From Rhina ancylostomus (Eukaryota), in the NCBI GenBank assembly GCA_030265395.1, contig JARFYF010000036.1, positions 11,497,270 to 11,561,269 of the forward strand: a DNA stretch of 64,000 bases, in the 5' to 3' direction. This document shows, one piece after another, positions 24,541 through 38,256 of the stretch; position 1 is the stretch's first letter, and each line of letters opens with the position of its first letter. The translations under genes and the position numbers were made by a program. The notes beneath the pieces are model-generated. The model made no database searches and was not told the DNA's origin. It was given only the letters and a program-made list of their open reading frames with translations.

Positions 24541-27175
24541 CGTCTGCTAGTTGGATAATCTGTTTTCTCTTTCGTTTTCAATGTCTGAACAAGAATTTCA
24601 ATCACATTGCTCACGCTAAAAGAATGTGTAACGGTAGTTAGCTTTACAACCTTCTCTTCCACTGAAGTATCCCCTTTTCATTAAACCCTAAAATGAAGGA
24701 ATGTCTAATCATTTTGCTTTTGTAAAGAAATCCTTTTAATATATTTTCCTACTTATGTAATTCACAACAAAAACATCACATTCTAATTCTTGCTGCTTTT
24801 CCTTTTCCTGAGACCTGAGGAGAATGATCGAAGCATAATGATTGTGAACTTGCATCACACAATGAAAGATTAATTAGTACTCTCACTACTTTCAACTGCT
24901 TGGCACCAGCCCACAAAGGAATATAGTGTACCATTAAACCTATCTTTTTCAGCACTTTACCTAATTAATTTTTAATGTATGATGTAAACTGAATACATTG
25001 AAAGCCCACGAGATGAAGTAACATATAATTCACTTGTGACTTTGCTTATGAGTATTCAGATCAACCATGTTATCAGATATAAATCATATCCCACAGGTCT
25101 ATCTAATGCTTTCATTATACATATTAAGGCAACTGCATTTGAAAGTAAACTGTTGAAGTGAAAATAAGCTTTCGATGACTTCATGTTCAATGCAAGTGCA
25201 TGAAGCTCCTCCCAATGGCTGCTCGTTGGTTTCATAAATAACCAAGTACGCTTGAAACCAGCCTTTCTCCAAAAGGCAACAGTCTTGTACAGCTGAGGAC
25301 CTTGAAGCTGTAGGAAATATGAGCAACCTGGTCAGAATCAGCTTCCACGCCTGCTCCAAATCCACCAACTCCAGAATGCAAAACTTATTCCAGACCAAGA
25401 GATGCACATTTTACCTTGTCTCCATCAGCCTCCTCAAAAGAAGTGAGAATCACTCAGCATTAGCCCTGAGTACCAGAGCTGATAGTACAGATAGCTCCAC
25501 CCACCACCTTATTTTCCAAAGTGAGACCATTCACCCTCAAACTTCTTCCTCAACAGATATATGCCCTCAGTGGAATTGGCAGTGAGGGTACAGCACCAGA
25601 TTGTTCAGGGAATACCCAGTAATTATACATATAACCACTGGCATTTTCTTCTATTAAGTGGCATTTTCATATGTGTTGGGACTGGAGAGAGATGTGGCAC
25701 TTATGCCGAGGAATTTGCTCAAACAACTGTACCAATGAAGGAGTGTGGCTCTGGGAACTATGCTGTTCATATTTTAATGGTTTGGGTTTACTTAATAGAT
25801 TTTTCAAAATGTTTTTAAGCAGTGCTACATGTTTAAACCAGTTTATAAAAAAATATAGTTTGAATATTTTTAGTAGCAAATTACACTTGCTGGTATTGGG
25901 ATGTTTCAGAACTTTTTGAAAATAGTGATTGTGTGTTGACAGCCATGACTGCTGGATAAAGTGGGTGTATGGCTTAGTCAGCTGTTTTGTGGGTGGGATT
26001 TGGGATTTACTTACCCACCATGTTCTGTGTCCAGCCCCCAAACTCAACTCCCCCCTACCCCCACCACCTCCCAGGTACAAAACTTTACCATTAGGGATGG
26101 GATAGCCATGGAAGTGGAAGTTGATATCACTCAACCTAGATTAAAATAGGCCAAGGCATTCACTCTAAGTCAGAGGGAAAATTTAGCTCACACTGACAGC
26201 AAAGTTTAGCTTACAGATTCACAGGATGTTTTAACGGATATTTCCAGATAAAGGCATTGGTTGCTACTAGAACAAGAATCAATTTTACCAACTGGTACCA
26301 TGGAGTACAAAGCCCTGTAACAACATACAAAGTAAAAGTTTGGGTTTCCTTGCAGACAATGCAGGATAATATAAACTGCTACTGTCGATTGAGAGTAGAT
26401 TTTCTAAAACCTATTTTTCACAGCAGCAAATTGGTCCTAGCCAAGGTGTTGGACAGCAGATTGTGTGCCTGAAATTTTNNNNNNNNNNNNNNNNNNNNNN
26501 NNNNNNNNNNNNNNNNNNNNNNNNNNNNNNNNNNNNNNNNNNNNNNNNNNNNNNNNNNNNNNNNNNNNNNNNNNNNNNTTTATTGTTGTTTCTTGCCTGT
26601 TTCACCAACATCATTGAGGAAGATCCATTCTTCTTATCAATCTGTCCCTTAATCATTTCCTGGATGGAGACAATGCAAGTCCTAGTCTTAGCACATGTAA
26701 AAAAAATAATAAAACACCTGTTGGTAATTCATTATGTGGATTGTTAGTGATTGTTGCACACTGGCCAACCAGATTAGATGGAGCAACACTGAATGATTTA
26801 CAATGACTACATTTCATTTCTAGCAATTAAATGGTTTTCTTATTTTTAGACATATTCCATGACAGGTTCATATACAATACCAATGTTCCATTAGCGCAAA
26901 GCTAATATTCCTTCTGCTTTTATATCATAGGTAATAGCTTCATGGCAACTAAAATGATCTACTCAAAATTCTTTGGTTGGGTTACAGCCTTTCAATGTAT
27001 TTAATCTCTCTTGTAAGATCGTAAGAAATGGAAATTAATGGGCAGTTTGGAAATTTATTCCAATGTACTTTAAATCTTTTTTTGTATGACTTGTAAGTTT
27101 AACCATGTTTATTATGTGTAGGTTGATTAATTGCATTTCAGAACTATAATATATGCTTCTCTAATAAATTGTCAG

Positions 27176-27266
27176 GTATGTCCCCACACCAGGTGATATT
27201 GAAAAGTACAAAGCATACAAGGGCTCTCAATCTGATCTCCATATTGTTGACCAATATATGATGGAG
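27176..27266 (+). CDS. Formin FH2 exon D
   Basis: ttgtcag|G...GAG|gtaagt. Translates (R)YVPTPGDIEKYKAYKGSQSDLHIVDQYMME, matching the FH2 pattern PTxEE...L...DQF. Phase 2 to phase 0. Confidence 0.93.
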
Positions 27267-29914
27267 GTAAGTAATCTTATCTAACCCTGTGATGTCTCAC
27301 ACAACTCAAGTTTCTGAACAAATATTTAATTACAAAACTGATTGTAGATTATAAGAGGAATCAGAATATTGTTTGTATCATTGGGATTCTTATTGTTGTG
27401 TACAATAGGAATTTTATCTGTGTATTCCTCGTCTTATTGGAATAGTGTTGAATGAATAATGTGTGCCTGTTAGTGGATTCCTTGAGTTGTTATTTCTCTC
27501 TTGATAATTGAGAAGAGTGGGATAAAAGTTTCAAAGGGTTCCTTTGAGTTATTTCTAGGGTGTAGAAGCAGGTTTTATGTTACCTCTCCAACATGCTGAA
27601 ATACTTACCATAGGTTATTTTAGGTTTATCGTAATGAAACTTGGACACATGCTAAATTCCAGGGTGAGAGTGGTAAAACTGGCATGCATTCTCTGGAATG
27701 TTTCCATGCAGTATTGATTTTTGAACATCATGCTCATGAAAATCAGTTATATCCCAAGTGGATCACAGTTGTGTTATTTGTGGATTGAATCATGCTGTTC
27801 TGAAAATTCATTCAGCCAATTTCAGTCACAAACTATCTTTCAGGAATGATGTAATTTCTGCTTCAGAACTATATGGAATGATGCATGCCTCATGGAATGG
27901 TCCTTTGGAATACTGGCTAAGAAATTTTGGTGCATTGTCCTAAGGTGCATTTGTTGTTGGGTCTCCTCAGAAGAGACACGTTTGAATAGAACCACTCTCC
28001 ATGCAGGGCCTAGTCTGTGCTTGGAGCTCTATTCAGATAGATTCCCTTATTTCCCTCTTGTGTTCCTAATCCATGGTACAAACTGTAACACCTCTCCACA
28101 ATCCTCTGATCACACCCAACTCCCACACTCGCTTGATCACCTACTCCCCAGGTCTTGAATTGCCCCTCAATTCTGTTCCATTTGAGGACCCAATACTCTA
28201 ATCTAGGCAGACTGATTCTCTAGTCAAATCCCTAACTAAGGACTGAGCCTCAACTCCCGACTTATGTCCATGGCTGTCTTCCCTAACAACCCCTGGACAT
28301 ATCACAATCTCACACTAACATGAGATTTTCTTCTGCATATTCTGCAGTGTTAATTGGTAAGTGGTTTATTATTGTCACATGTACTGAGGTACAGTTAAAA
28401 AACTTTGTTTTGCATGCCATCCATACAGATCATTTCACAGCATCAGTGCATCGAGGTAGAAAAGCAATAACAATATGCAGTATATGGTGTCATAGTTACA
28501 GAGAAAGTGCAGTGCCGACAGACAAAAAGGTGCAGGGCCATGACATAAGGAGTTCAAGACCTGTCTGTCATTCTTGAAGGCCGGAATCAAGACACTGCTA
28601 AATCAAGCTGCATTTTGCTCACAATCGAATGGTTATTGACATGCCATGCACCAACTATTTAATGCTCCTCCCTCAGCATTGGTGAATTCTTTGGCCACTC
28701 TTTCTGCTGGTTGTGAATCCAGAGCAAGGGGTTATTCTATGAAAAGCAGAACCATGTTTTCTGAAAGAGGAAATTAGAAACATTTCTACATGCAGATGGC
28801 AGTAGAAGATTGGAATTTTCTTGCATCAGCTGCAGTTGATGCCAGAACACTTGTTAACCTGAAATTAATAAATTTAATTAATTGAAGATATAAAAGGATT
28901 TAGGGAAAAGGTAGGTCTGAAAGCTGAGAAACATTAATCATGCAGGTTATCAGGGGCTCTCTAATTGAGAGAACTTCCATGAGGATCTTGCAAAATAAAT
29001 TCCCCAATGCAAATCATCCTCTCTTTGCAATTACTAACAACAGCAATAGTACACTTATAATCATGTTGTCCAATTGATAGATTTCTTTTGTGGTGGACCT
29101 GATTGGACATTATTAACGCAAAGCAATTCCATGGTTTAATGCACCAAATATATAAATGCCATTCAAATTCTGGGCAACTGTGTTCAAATATCAGCCAGCC
29201 ATGATTTAATTGAATGACAGAGTGAGCTTGAACGGTTAAACGGACCTCTCCCCATTCCTGGGTAGTAGGGGATGAGGCTCCTTAAAGCATAAATACCAGT
29301 ATTTGGACTTGTGTTCATGTTGTCTTCTGAGCTATAGATCTTATGCAATTGTATGATTTCCCTTTCAGCATTAGAGCAACTTGTGATCAAGAACGAGACT
29401 GATTGTAAATTCATTTGAAGTAATGGAAGTGCCTTATATTAGAATGAAATTAATCTCAATAGGTTTCACCATTTAAACCAAGTGAGAGAGCTTTATTCAA
29501 TGTGAGTGAGATTGACTGAGTCTGCTGGCTCCCAAGCCTCACTGTATACATCCTTTACAGAATAGTACAAAATAACACTATGGCACATTTTTTCCCCTTA
29601 GCTTTCTCCTGGTGACACTAACTCATGTTGGAGTACAGTTTTAGTTCTGTCAGCTATTGGCTCCTCAGCAAAGTACCAGTCCTAGTGCATAAGACCAGAC
29701 AAAAACTTATTTGAAGAACATTACCAGGCCCATTTTCTTTGCTAATTTCCACACTTGCATCTCTTCTAAACTTCAATTACCTTGCACAATCATCTCGTTT
29801 GTCATATGATCTCAACTATCCTATCACAGACTTTATGTTCTCCCTCTCCACTTGTGCTGCATCATAAAACCTATTGTTTCTCCCATTATTGCCAGTTGTC
29901 TTGAAAGTTCACTG

Positions 29915-30262
29915 TGGGGTGGCACAGTGGTGCACCCAGCAGAGCCACTGCCTCACTGCTCCAGCAACCTGGGTTCAATCCCGACCTTCGGCGCTGTCTG
30001 TGTGGAATTTGCATGTTCTCCCTGTGACCATGTGGGCTTCCCCCAGGTGCTCTGGTTTTCTCCCACATTCCAAAGATGTGTGGGTTGGTAGGTTAATTGG
30101 CTGTTGTAAATTGCTCCAGCTGTCTAGGTGAGTGGTAGAATCTTGCAGGAGTTGATGAGAATGTGGGGGAGATAAAATGGAATGAGTTTATGTGGATGTT
30201 TGATGGTCAGTGCAGACTAGGTAGGCTGGAGGACTTTTTTCCATAATGTATGATTCTATGAT
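29915..30262 (+). mobile_element. V-domain tRNA-SINE
   Basis: ggtggcacagtgg...gggttcaatccc...ttgcatgttctccctgtgacc...tcccacattccaaagatgtg. Further copies at ~30415-30700, 31955-32250, 41880-42240, 48050-48445(-), 48590-48825(-), 52290-52420, 56385-56665 and 60790-61110. Confidence 0.9.
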
Positions 30263-30965
30263 ATGAGCTCTGACTCCTTTGGGCTAATCTTGTCTGGTCC
30301 TATTTCCATGTACAGAGGTCATTGGATAGGCATCCAGAGTGGAAAAGTTGATTGACCTTGTGCTAGTGATGTAAACACCAGTTGTAGTGGCCATTTGGGA
30401 TATTGTGAAGCAAAGTGGTGCCACGTAGCTCCAGTGACCTGGGTTCAATTCTGACCTTGGCCACTGTTTGTGTGGAATTTGCACCTTCCATGACCATGTG
30501 GGTTTCCCCTGGGTGTTCCGGTGTCCTCCCACATCCAGAGCTGAGTGGGTAGGTTAATGATCCTCAGTGTAGGTGGAGGGCAGGAGAACAGGCATGTGAG
30601 AAAGAATAGGTTACAGGGAAATAAATGTGGAACAGGACTCCTGGGATTGATCTGTGAGCCAAGATGGACTTGATGGGCTAAATGGTCTACTGCATAGTTC
30701 TAAGAAAGTATAATAAAAAGCATCAGCTGTCATTACCACTGTTCAGAGGGGGGCTGATAACTTTATGCTGGTGGGTGGATATCACAAGGTAATGCCTGAT
30801 GACTTGAATGAATTGTAACTCTATCAGAATATACAGACTGGGTTTAATAAAAATACTACCAGTGATGCTGAAGTTTCAATGATATTTGCATTAAAGAATT
30901 AGATGATAAACTCTTACATTAAGTGCTTCATCAGCCACATTATAAACATTATACTTCCTCTACAG

Positions 30966-31052
30966 ATGTGCAACATTCCTTATCTGAGCCAGAGACTGGA
31001 TGTTATCCTTGCCATACGAGAATTTCCAGAAGCTATTGAGGACCTTCAGCCA
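30966..31052 (+). CDS. Formin FH2 exon E
   Basis: cttcctctacag|ATG...CCA|gtaagt. Translates MCNIPYLSQRLDVILAIREFPEAIEDLQP (IPxxxxRL motif). 87 bp, phase 0 to phase 0. Confidence 0.93.
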
Positions 31053-32324
31053 GTAAGTACAGATGTGCAATGATAATGACAATGCTCATGAAATAACAGA
31101 CTGGTGATCTCTACTAACTAGTATTGTTTTTAAAAAAGACTCATATGCATCAAACTTGAAGACAGGAACTGAGATGGGACACAAGTTAGGTGATCCAGAA
31201 ACACAGGACTGGAAATTGAAAATGTCTCTACTGGATACTGCAACCTGCTGTTCAACTTAACCCCTTGATGGTGGAGTGTTCTACAGATCCCATCAGACAC
31301 CTGTCCATTATATCCTGCGTGTTTACCTGTATGAAGCAGGCTTCCTTGCTGCACAGAGGCCAATATGATTCAAGTGGCAAAATGAGCAATTGTTATTTGA
31401 ATTAGGACCCCACAATGCAGGGATAGAAACCCTTTCAAAGCCGGGTATCTCCATTCAGAACAGCCTGTACCCCACCTACATAGAACATGGATTAGCAAGC
31501 CACCAATTATTTTTGGTGGGAACTGCCTTTCATTACACAGCGGGAACTTGCACCCATCTCAAATATGCCAGACATAGATGACACTGGTTGGTGTATAATA
31601 GAAACACTGTGCTGTAGGCAAATGTCACTGGACTTCCAGTGGTGCAAGAATCTCCTCAGAATTTCTCATTATGTCAAGATCCAGATGGGAACAGGAAACT
31701 AACAGGGAGGATTTTACATTCAGTGCTTAATGAATGTCATTAAACTGGTACTTGTACGTGGACTCTTGGACCTTTACATTACAGTGTGCAAAAGTTAGAG
31801 AATCAAGTCGACATGGTGTCTTCTATCGTGGAGTGTGGAGTCATATGCTAAGGGCATATGGTAGAGTATCTCCAAAACTAATCAGACTGAAGAATCTTTA
31901 CTGACAAAAGCAGAATCAACACAAGAATGAGTTAGAACATTTAGATGCATGTGAAGCACAGTGGTACCCGGATTTGATCCTGACCTTTGGTGCAGTCTTT
32001 GTGGAATTAGTACATGCTCCTCGGCACTGTGTGAGGTTCTGCTGGGCTCATTGGTTACTTCTCACGTCCCATAGATGTGCAAGTAGGTAAATTGTCTACA
32101 GTATGTAAGTAGCTAAATAATCAATGGGAGTTGATGGGTATGCGTGAGAGAATAAATTGCTGGGCCTCAGGGAAAATAAGGCGTGGGATTGTTCTTTTGG
32201 GAGCTGGCATGGGCCCAATGGGTGGAATGACCTCCTCTGTCATAAGTTGAACGACTTCTGGAGAGTGATAAAAAGCAATGGCTAAGAACAATGGGATTAA
32301 ATGAAGGACAGTAAAGAGTAAAAG

Positions 32325-34092
32325 ACAGAACATAGACCATTGAATAATACTGCACTGGACAGGCCTTTCAACCCACCATGCTATGCCAATCTTGATGCCA
32401 ATTTATGCTAAATATCCTCCTGTGTACCATCCATATCCCTCCACTCCCTTCATATTCATGTGTCTATCTAAAAGCCTCCTTAACTCCACCAAACTGCTTG
32501 CTTCCACTACTGCCCCAGTAACCCATTTCAGGCACCTACCACTCACTGCATTTTAAAAAAAACTTGCCCCTCACTTTGCCTTTAAACTTCCCCCCCTAAC
32601 CTNNNNNNNNNNNNNNNNNNNNNNNNNNNNNNNNNNNNNNNNNNNNNNNNNNNNNNNNNNNNNNNNNNNNNNNNNNNNNNNNNNNNNNGCACTAGGGAGA
32701 ACAACCTGAGTTTGTCCAACCTCTCCTTATAGCTCATATCCTCTAATCCAGGCAGCATCCTGGTAAACCTCTTCTGCACCCTCGCCACAATCTCCACATC
32801 CTTTGTATATTGGGGCGACCAGAACTGCACACAATACACCAATTGCGGTCTGACTAAAGTTTTATATAGCTACAGCATGACTTCCTTACTCTTATACTCA
32901 ACAACCCTAGTACTGAAGGCAAGCATGCCATATGCCTTCTTTACTACTTTATCCACTTGTGTAGCCACTTGCAGTGAACTATGGACCTGGGCCCCAAGAT
33001 CCCTCTAATTTAATGCTATTAACCAGCCTCCATTCCCTGTATACTTTCTCCTTGCATTTGATCTACCACAGTGCAAAAGCTCACATTTGCCTGGATTAAA
33101 CTCCATTCTGCTACTTCTCTGCTGATATCTGTAACTGAGCTTATATCCCACTGTATTCTTTGATGTTCTTAACACTGTCCACAACTCCACCATCTTGGTG
33201 TCATCTGCAAATTTGCTAATGCACCCATCTACATTTACATCCAAATCATTGATATATATCACAGATAAGGGGTCCCAGCACTGATCCTTACGGAATACCA
33301 TGGGTCACAGACCTCCAGCCAGAATAACAGCCTTCTACCTCTACTCTGTCTTCTATGGGCAAGCCAGTTCCGAATCCAAACTTGCAATTCACCCTGGATC
33401 CCAGTAATCTTTATCTTCTGAATCAACCTACCATGAGGGACCTTGTCAAATGCCTTACTAAAGTCCATGTAGATAATGTCCACTGCCTTAGCCTCATCAA
33501 GCACCTTTGTCACCTCCTCAAAACTTGATCAAGTTTGTAAGGCGTAACATGACTTAACCTGCCCAAAGCCACGCGGGCTGTCCTTAAGCAGGCCATGCCT
33601 TTCCAAATGAACATAAATTCTCTCAGTATCCTCTCCAATGGCTTCCCTGCCACTGACAGAAGGCTCACTGGCCTTTAATTATCTGGATTATCCCTATTTC
33701 CCTTCTTGAACAAAGCAACAACATTTGGTGCTCTCCAGCCCTCCAGAACCTTGCCTGTTGATGTGAGGACACAAAGATCCTTGTCAAAACCCCAGGAATC
33801 TACTCACTTGCTTCTTTCAATATTCTGGGATATATGCCATCAGGCCCTGGGGACTTATCCACCTTATTGCTTTTCAGAAGGCCCAGCACTACCTCCTCCT
33901 TTAATCTCAGAATGTCCCAGCACATTAGCATGCCCCACTCTGTTTTCAATATTCTCCAATTCCTCCTTCTTGGTAAGTACTGACACAAAGTACTCATTTA
34001 GCACCTCAGCCAAGCACAAATCCCTCCTTTATCCTTGAGTGGACCTACCCTCTTCTTAGTTATCCTCTTTTTCTTAACATAAGTATAAAATG
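32325..34092 (-). mobile_element. CR1 LINE ORF2 RT and 3' end (segment 1 of a long interrupted copy)
   Basis: KSPGPDGIYPRILKE, VDIIYMDFSKAFDKVPHGRLIQK, IYINDLDV...ISKFADDTK and YCVQFWSP...QKRFTRMLPGLE. Frameshifted. Confidence 0.95.
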
Positions 34093-36376
34093 GAGACAAA
34101 AAAATTCTGCAGATGCTGGAATCTGGGGTAATACCCAGAGAATACTGGAGGAACTCAGTAGGTCAGGCTGCATCACTGAAGGGAAATAAACAGCTGNNNN
34201 NNNNNNNNNNNNNNNNNNNNNNNNNNNNNNNNNNNNNNNNNNNNNNNNNNNNNNNNNNNNNNNNNNNNNNNNNNNNNNNNNNNNNNNNNNNNNNNNNNNN
34301 NNNNNNNNNNNNNNNNNNNNNNNNNNNNNNNNNNNNNNNNNNNNNNNNNNNNNNNNNNNNNNNNNNNNNNNNNNNNNNNNNNNNNNNNNNNNNNNNNNNN
34401 NNNNNNNNNNNNNNNNNNNNNNNNNNNNNNNNNNNNNNNNNNNNNNNNNNNNNNNNNNNNNNNNNNNNNNNNNNNNNNNNNNNNNNNNNNNNNNNNNNNN
34501 NNNNNNNNNNNNNNNNNNNNNNNNNNNNNNNNNNNNNNNNNNNNNNNNNNNNNNNNNNNNNNNNNNNNNNNNNNNNNNNNNNNNNNNNNNNNNNNNNNNN
34601 NNNNNNNNNNNNNNNNNNNNNNNNNNNNNNNNNNNNNNNNNNNNNNNNNNNNNNNNNNNNNNNNNNNNNNNNNNNNNNNNNNNNNNNNNNNNNNNNNNNN
34701 NNNNNNNNNNNNNNNNNNNNNNNNNNNNNNNNNNNNNNNNNNNNNNNNNNNNNNNNNNNNNNNNNNNNNNNNNNNNNNNNNNNNNNNNNNNNNNNNNNNN
34801 NNNNNNNNNNNNNNNNNNNNNNNNNNNNNNNNNNNNNNNNNNNNNNNNNNNNNNNNNNNNNNNNNNNNNNNNNNNNNNNNNNNNNNNNNNNNNNNNNNNN
34901 NNNNNNNNNNNNNNNNNNNNNNNNNNNNNNNNNNNNNNNNNNNNNNNNNNNNNNNNNNNNNNNNNNNNNNNNNNNNNNNCAGAAAACGGAGTCATGGATC
35001 TCTGCAGTAAGCGGAGAGGGGAGGGGAGGGGAGGGGAGGGGAAGACATGCCTGGTGGTGGAATCCCATTGGAGATGGTGGAAGTTGTGAAGGATGTTGTG
35101 CTGGGTGTGGAGGCTCGTGGGATGGTAGGTGAGGACAAGGGGAACCCTTATCTCTGTTATGTCAGGAGGTGGATGGGATGAGGCAGACATGCAGGAAATA
35201 GAAACAAAGAAAAACTACGGCACAATTCAGGCTGTTCGGCCCACAAAGCTGTGCCGAAGAGAGGAGATGCAGGCGAGGGCTGTGTTGATAACACTGGGGG
35301 AGAAACTCAGTTTGCTGAAAAAGGAAGAGCTCATCACCAGAACAGATGCAGCAGAGACGGAGGAACTGAGGAAAAGGAATGGCATCCTCACAGGTGACAG
35401 GTTGGGAAGAGGTGCAGTTGAGGTAGCTGTGGGAGTCAGTGGGTTTGTAGTAGAGGTTGGTGGAATATCTGTCCCCTAAGATGGAAACAGAGAGATCCAG
35501 AAAGGGGAGAGAGGTGTCAGAGACGGACCAAGCGAATCTGAAGGCAGGGTGGAAGGGGTGGTGAAGTTGAACAAGTTGACGAGCTCAGTACGGGTGCAGG
35601 AAGCAGCCCCAGTGCAGTCATTGGTGTAACAGAGAAAGAGTTGGGGAGCGTTACCGGTGTAGGCCTGGAACTTGGACTGTTCCACATAGCCGACGAAAAG
35701 GCCGACATAGCTGGGTCCTGTGCAAGTGCCCATGGCTGCACCTTCAGTCTGGAGAAAGTGGGAGGAGCTGAAAGAGAAGTTGTTGAGGGTGAGAACCAGT
35801 TCTGCCAGACGGAGGAGGGTGGAGGGGAACTGGTTGGGTCTGTATTGAGAAAAAAACGGAGAGCCTTAAGGCCCTCTTGATGGGGGATGGAAGACGTCCA
35901 TAGTGAAAATGAGCTGGTCAGGGCCGGGGACCTGGAACTTGTTAAAGTGACAGAGAGTATGTAAAGTGTCACAGGGACAGGTAAGAAGGTAACCAAGGGG
36001 GACAAAATGGAGTCAAGATATGAGTACACGAGTTCAGTGGGGCAGGAGCAGGCAGAAACAATGGGTCTACCAGGGCAGTTGGGTTNNNNNNNNNNTGGAG
36101 GCTGTAGAGGGGAGGTCTCTGGAGGCGATGAGTTCAGTGATAGTGCAGGAGACAATGGCCTGATGCTGCTTGGTGGGGTCCAGGTTGAGGGATAAGTAAG
36201 AGTTGAGAGTTGATGTCTGACCTCAGCAGTGTAAAGGTCAGTCTGCCAGACTACAATAGCACCACACTTGTCTGCAGTTTTGATAGTGAGATTAGGATTA
36301 GTGGGGCAGAAGTGGAGGGCAGTGTGTTCAGAGGGGGTGAGGCTGGAATAGGTGAGAGGAGTGGTAAAGTTGAGAT
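34093..36376 (-). mobile_element. Penelope-like retroelement inserted in CR1
   Basis: PGRPIVSACSCPTELV.SYLDSILSPLV, SIPHQEGLKALRFFL, MGTCTGPSYVGLFVGYVEQS and RVPLVLTYHP are PLE RT motifs. The PLE terminal motif lies at 34093-34196, and an N gap at 34197-34979 hides the expected GIY-YIG region. Confidence 0.9.
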
Positions 36377-38156
36377 GTATGAAATGCTTTGGAATTATCC
36401 TTGACCCTGCTCACCAAGGACTTTCATGGCCCATATGGCCTTCCTAATCGCCTGCTTGAGCACTTTCCTGCTTTGTTTATCTTCCACAATGGCCCAGTCT
36501 GATCTTTGCTTCCTAAACCTTGCGTATGCTTCCTTTTTCTTCCTGACTAAATCTAGGACCTCCCAGGTCGTCCAAGATTACCTTACCCTACCATTCTCAT
36601 CCCTTCTTACTGGAACATGCTGCTTCTGAACTCTGCTCAGCTGGTCTCGAAACAGCTTCCACATATCAGGTGCTGACATCCTTGACAGCAGCTACTCCCA
36701 ATCAACCTCCCTTAGTTCCTGTCTTATCCTATCATAATTTGCCCTTCCCCAATTTAGTACTTTCCTGCAAGATCGAATTTATCCTTACTCATAAGTATCT
36801 TAAAATATAATGAGTTGTGGTCTCTTTTCCCAAAATATTTACCCCCATCAGGTCTGTCACCTGGCCTGGCTCATTTCTCAAAACAAGGTCCAGTATGTTC
36901 TCTCCTCAAGTTGGACTCTCCACAGACTGTTTCAAGAACCCCTCTTGGACGCACTGGAGAAATCCCGCCCCATCTAAGCCTCTTGTATTAAGGAAGTTCC
37001 AATCAATACTGGGGAAGTCCCTGACTATGACAACCCGGTTGTTTCTGTACCATTCCATTACCTGTCTACATATCTGTTCCTCCACCTCTCGGTGGCTTAT
37101 TGGGAGACCTACAGTATCATCCCATCGGCATAATGGCACCTCTCCTATTTCTGAGCTCCACCCAAATTAGTTCTGTGGATGAACCCTGCAGTATGTCCTC
37201 TCGAGTTACTGCTGTGACATTCTCCCTTATCAGTAGTGCAACCCCTCTGCCTCCTTTATCCTCTATCACCTCTAAAACCACAAAACCCAGGAATGTTGGA
37301 ATTGGTTTATTATTGTCACTTGTACCAAGGAACAGCGATAAACTTGTCTTGTACACCGTTCGCACAGATCAATCCATTATACAGTGCATTGAGGTAGTAC
37401 AGGGTTGACGTAGAATTTTAATATATAAAGTGAAGAACGATTGCAGTAGAAGTAATGAGTAGATCTGCGGAGAGCAGCTTGCGACAAGTCGCCACACTCC
37501 AGCGCCGTCTTGTAGTCCTCACCCATCCAGGTCTCTGCAATGGCAACATTTCAGCCCATCAGTCCCACCATGTTGGTTAGCCTGTCACTTACAGTCCTCC
37601 CTTAGTCTTACTGCTCATACCATCTTCCTTAACCCTACCACCTGCTGCCCTGCTGCTGTGGTTCCCATCCCCCACCCCTCAAGTTTAAACCCTCCCGAGC
37701 AGCACCAGCAAACCTCCTGGCAAGGATATTGGTTCCCCTCCAGTTCAGATACAAACTGTCTTGATTGCCCTGGAAAAGAGCCCAATGATTCATAAATCTG
37801 AAGCCTCCCTCCTGCACCAGCTCCTTGGCCACATATTGAACTGCACCATGTATCTATTTCTCACCTCACCGGCACGTGGCACGGGCAGTAATCCTGAGAT
37901 TACAATGCTGAGGGTCCTGTTTGATAAACTTTCTGCCTCACTCCCTAAAACCACTCTGCAGGACCTCATCCCTACTCCTCCTATGTCATTGGCACCAACA
38001 TGGACCACAACCTCTGGCTGCTCACCCTCCTCAGAAGGTCCTGTTCCCACTGTGAGATACCCTTGACCCTGGCACCAGGGAGACAACACACCATCCTGGA
38101 GTCTCAATTGTGGCCACAGAACCGCCTGTCTACCCACTGACTATCGAGTTCCCTAT
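36377..38156 (-). mobile_element. CR1 LINE segment 2: ORF1 esterase and ORF2 endonuclease
   Basis: QPEVVVHVGANDIG...IVISGLLPVPRA (ORF1), KGGRGVALLIRENVTAV...ELIWVELRN and NRVVIVRDF.SIDW...FLQCVQEGFLKQ.VESPT (APE endonuclease). Interrupted by a different repeat at ~37295-37515. Confidence 0.92.
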
Positions 38157-38256
38157 NNNNNNNNNNNNNNNNNNNNNNNNNNNNNNNNNNNNNNNNNNNN
38201 NNNNNNNNNNNNNNNNNNNNNNNNNNNNNNNNNNNNNNNNNNNNNNNNNNNNNNNN

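Noticed and set aside
29915-29990. tRNA-like A/B box sequences here and at other SINE heads
   Set aside because: They are SINE promoters followed by the V core and LINE-derived tail, with no cloverleaf, so they are not tRNA genes.
34060-35190. Long ORFs of 300-376 aa in the track
   Set aside because: They are mostly X residues from a ~780-N gap and are artefacts.
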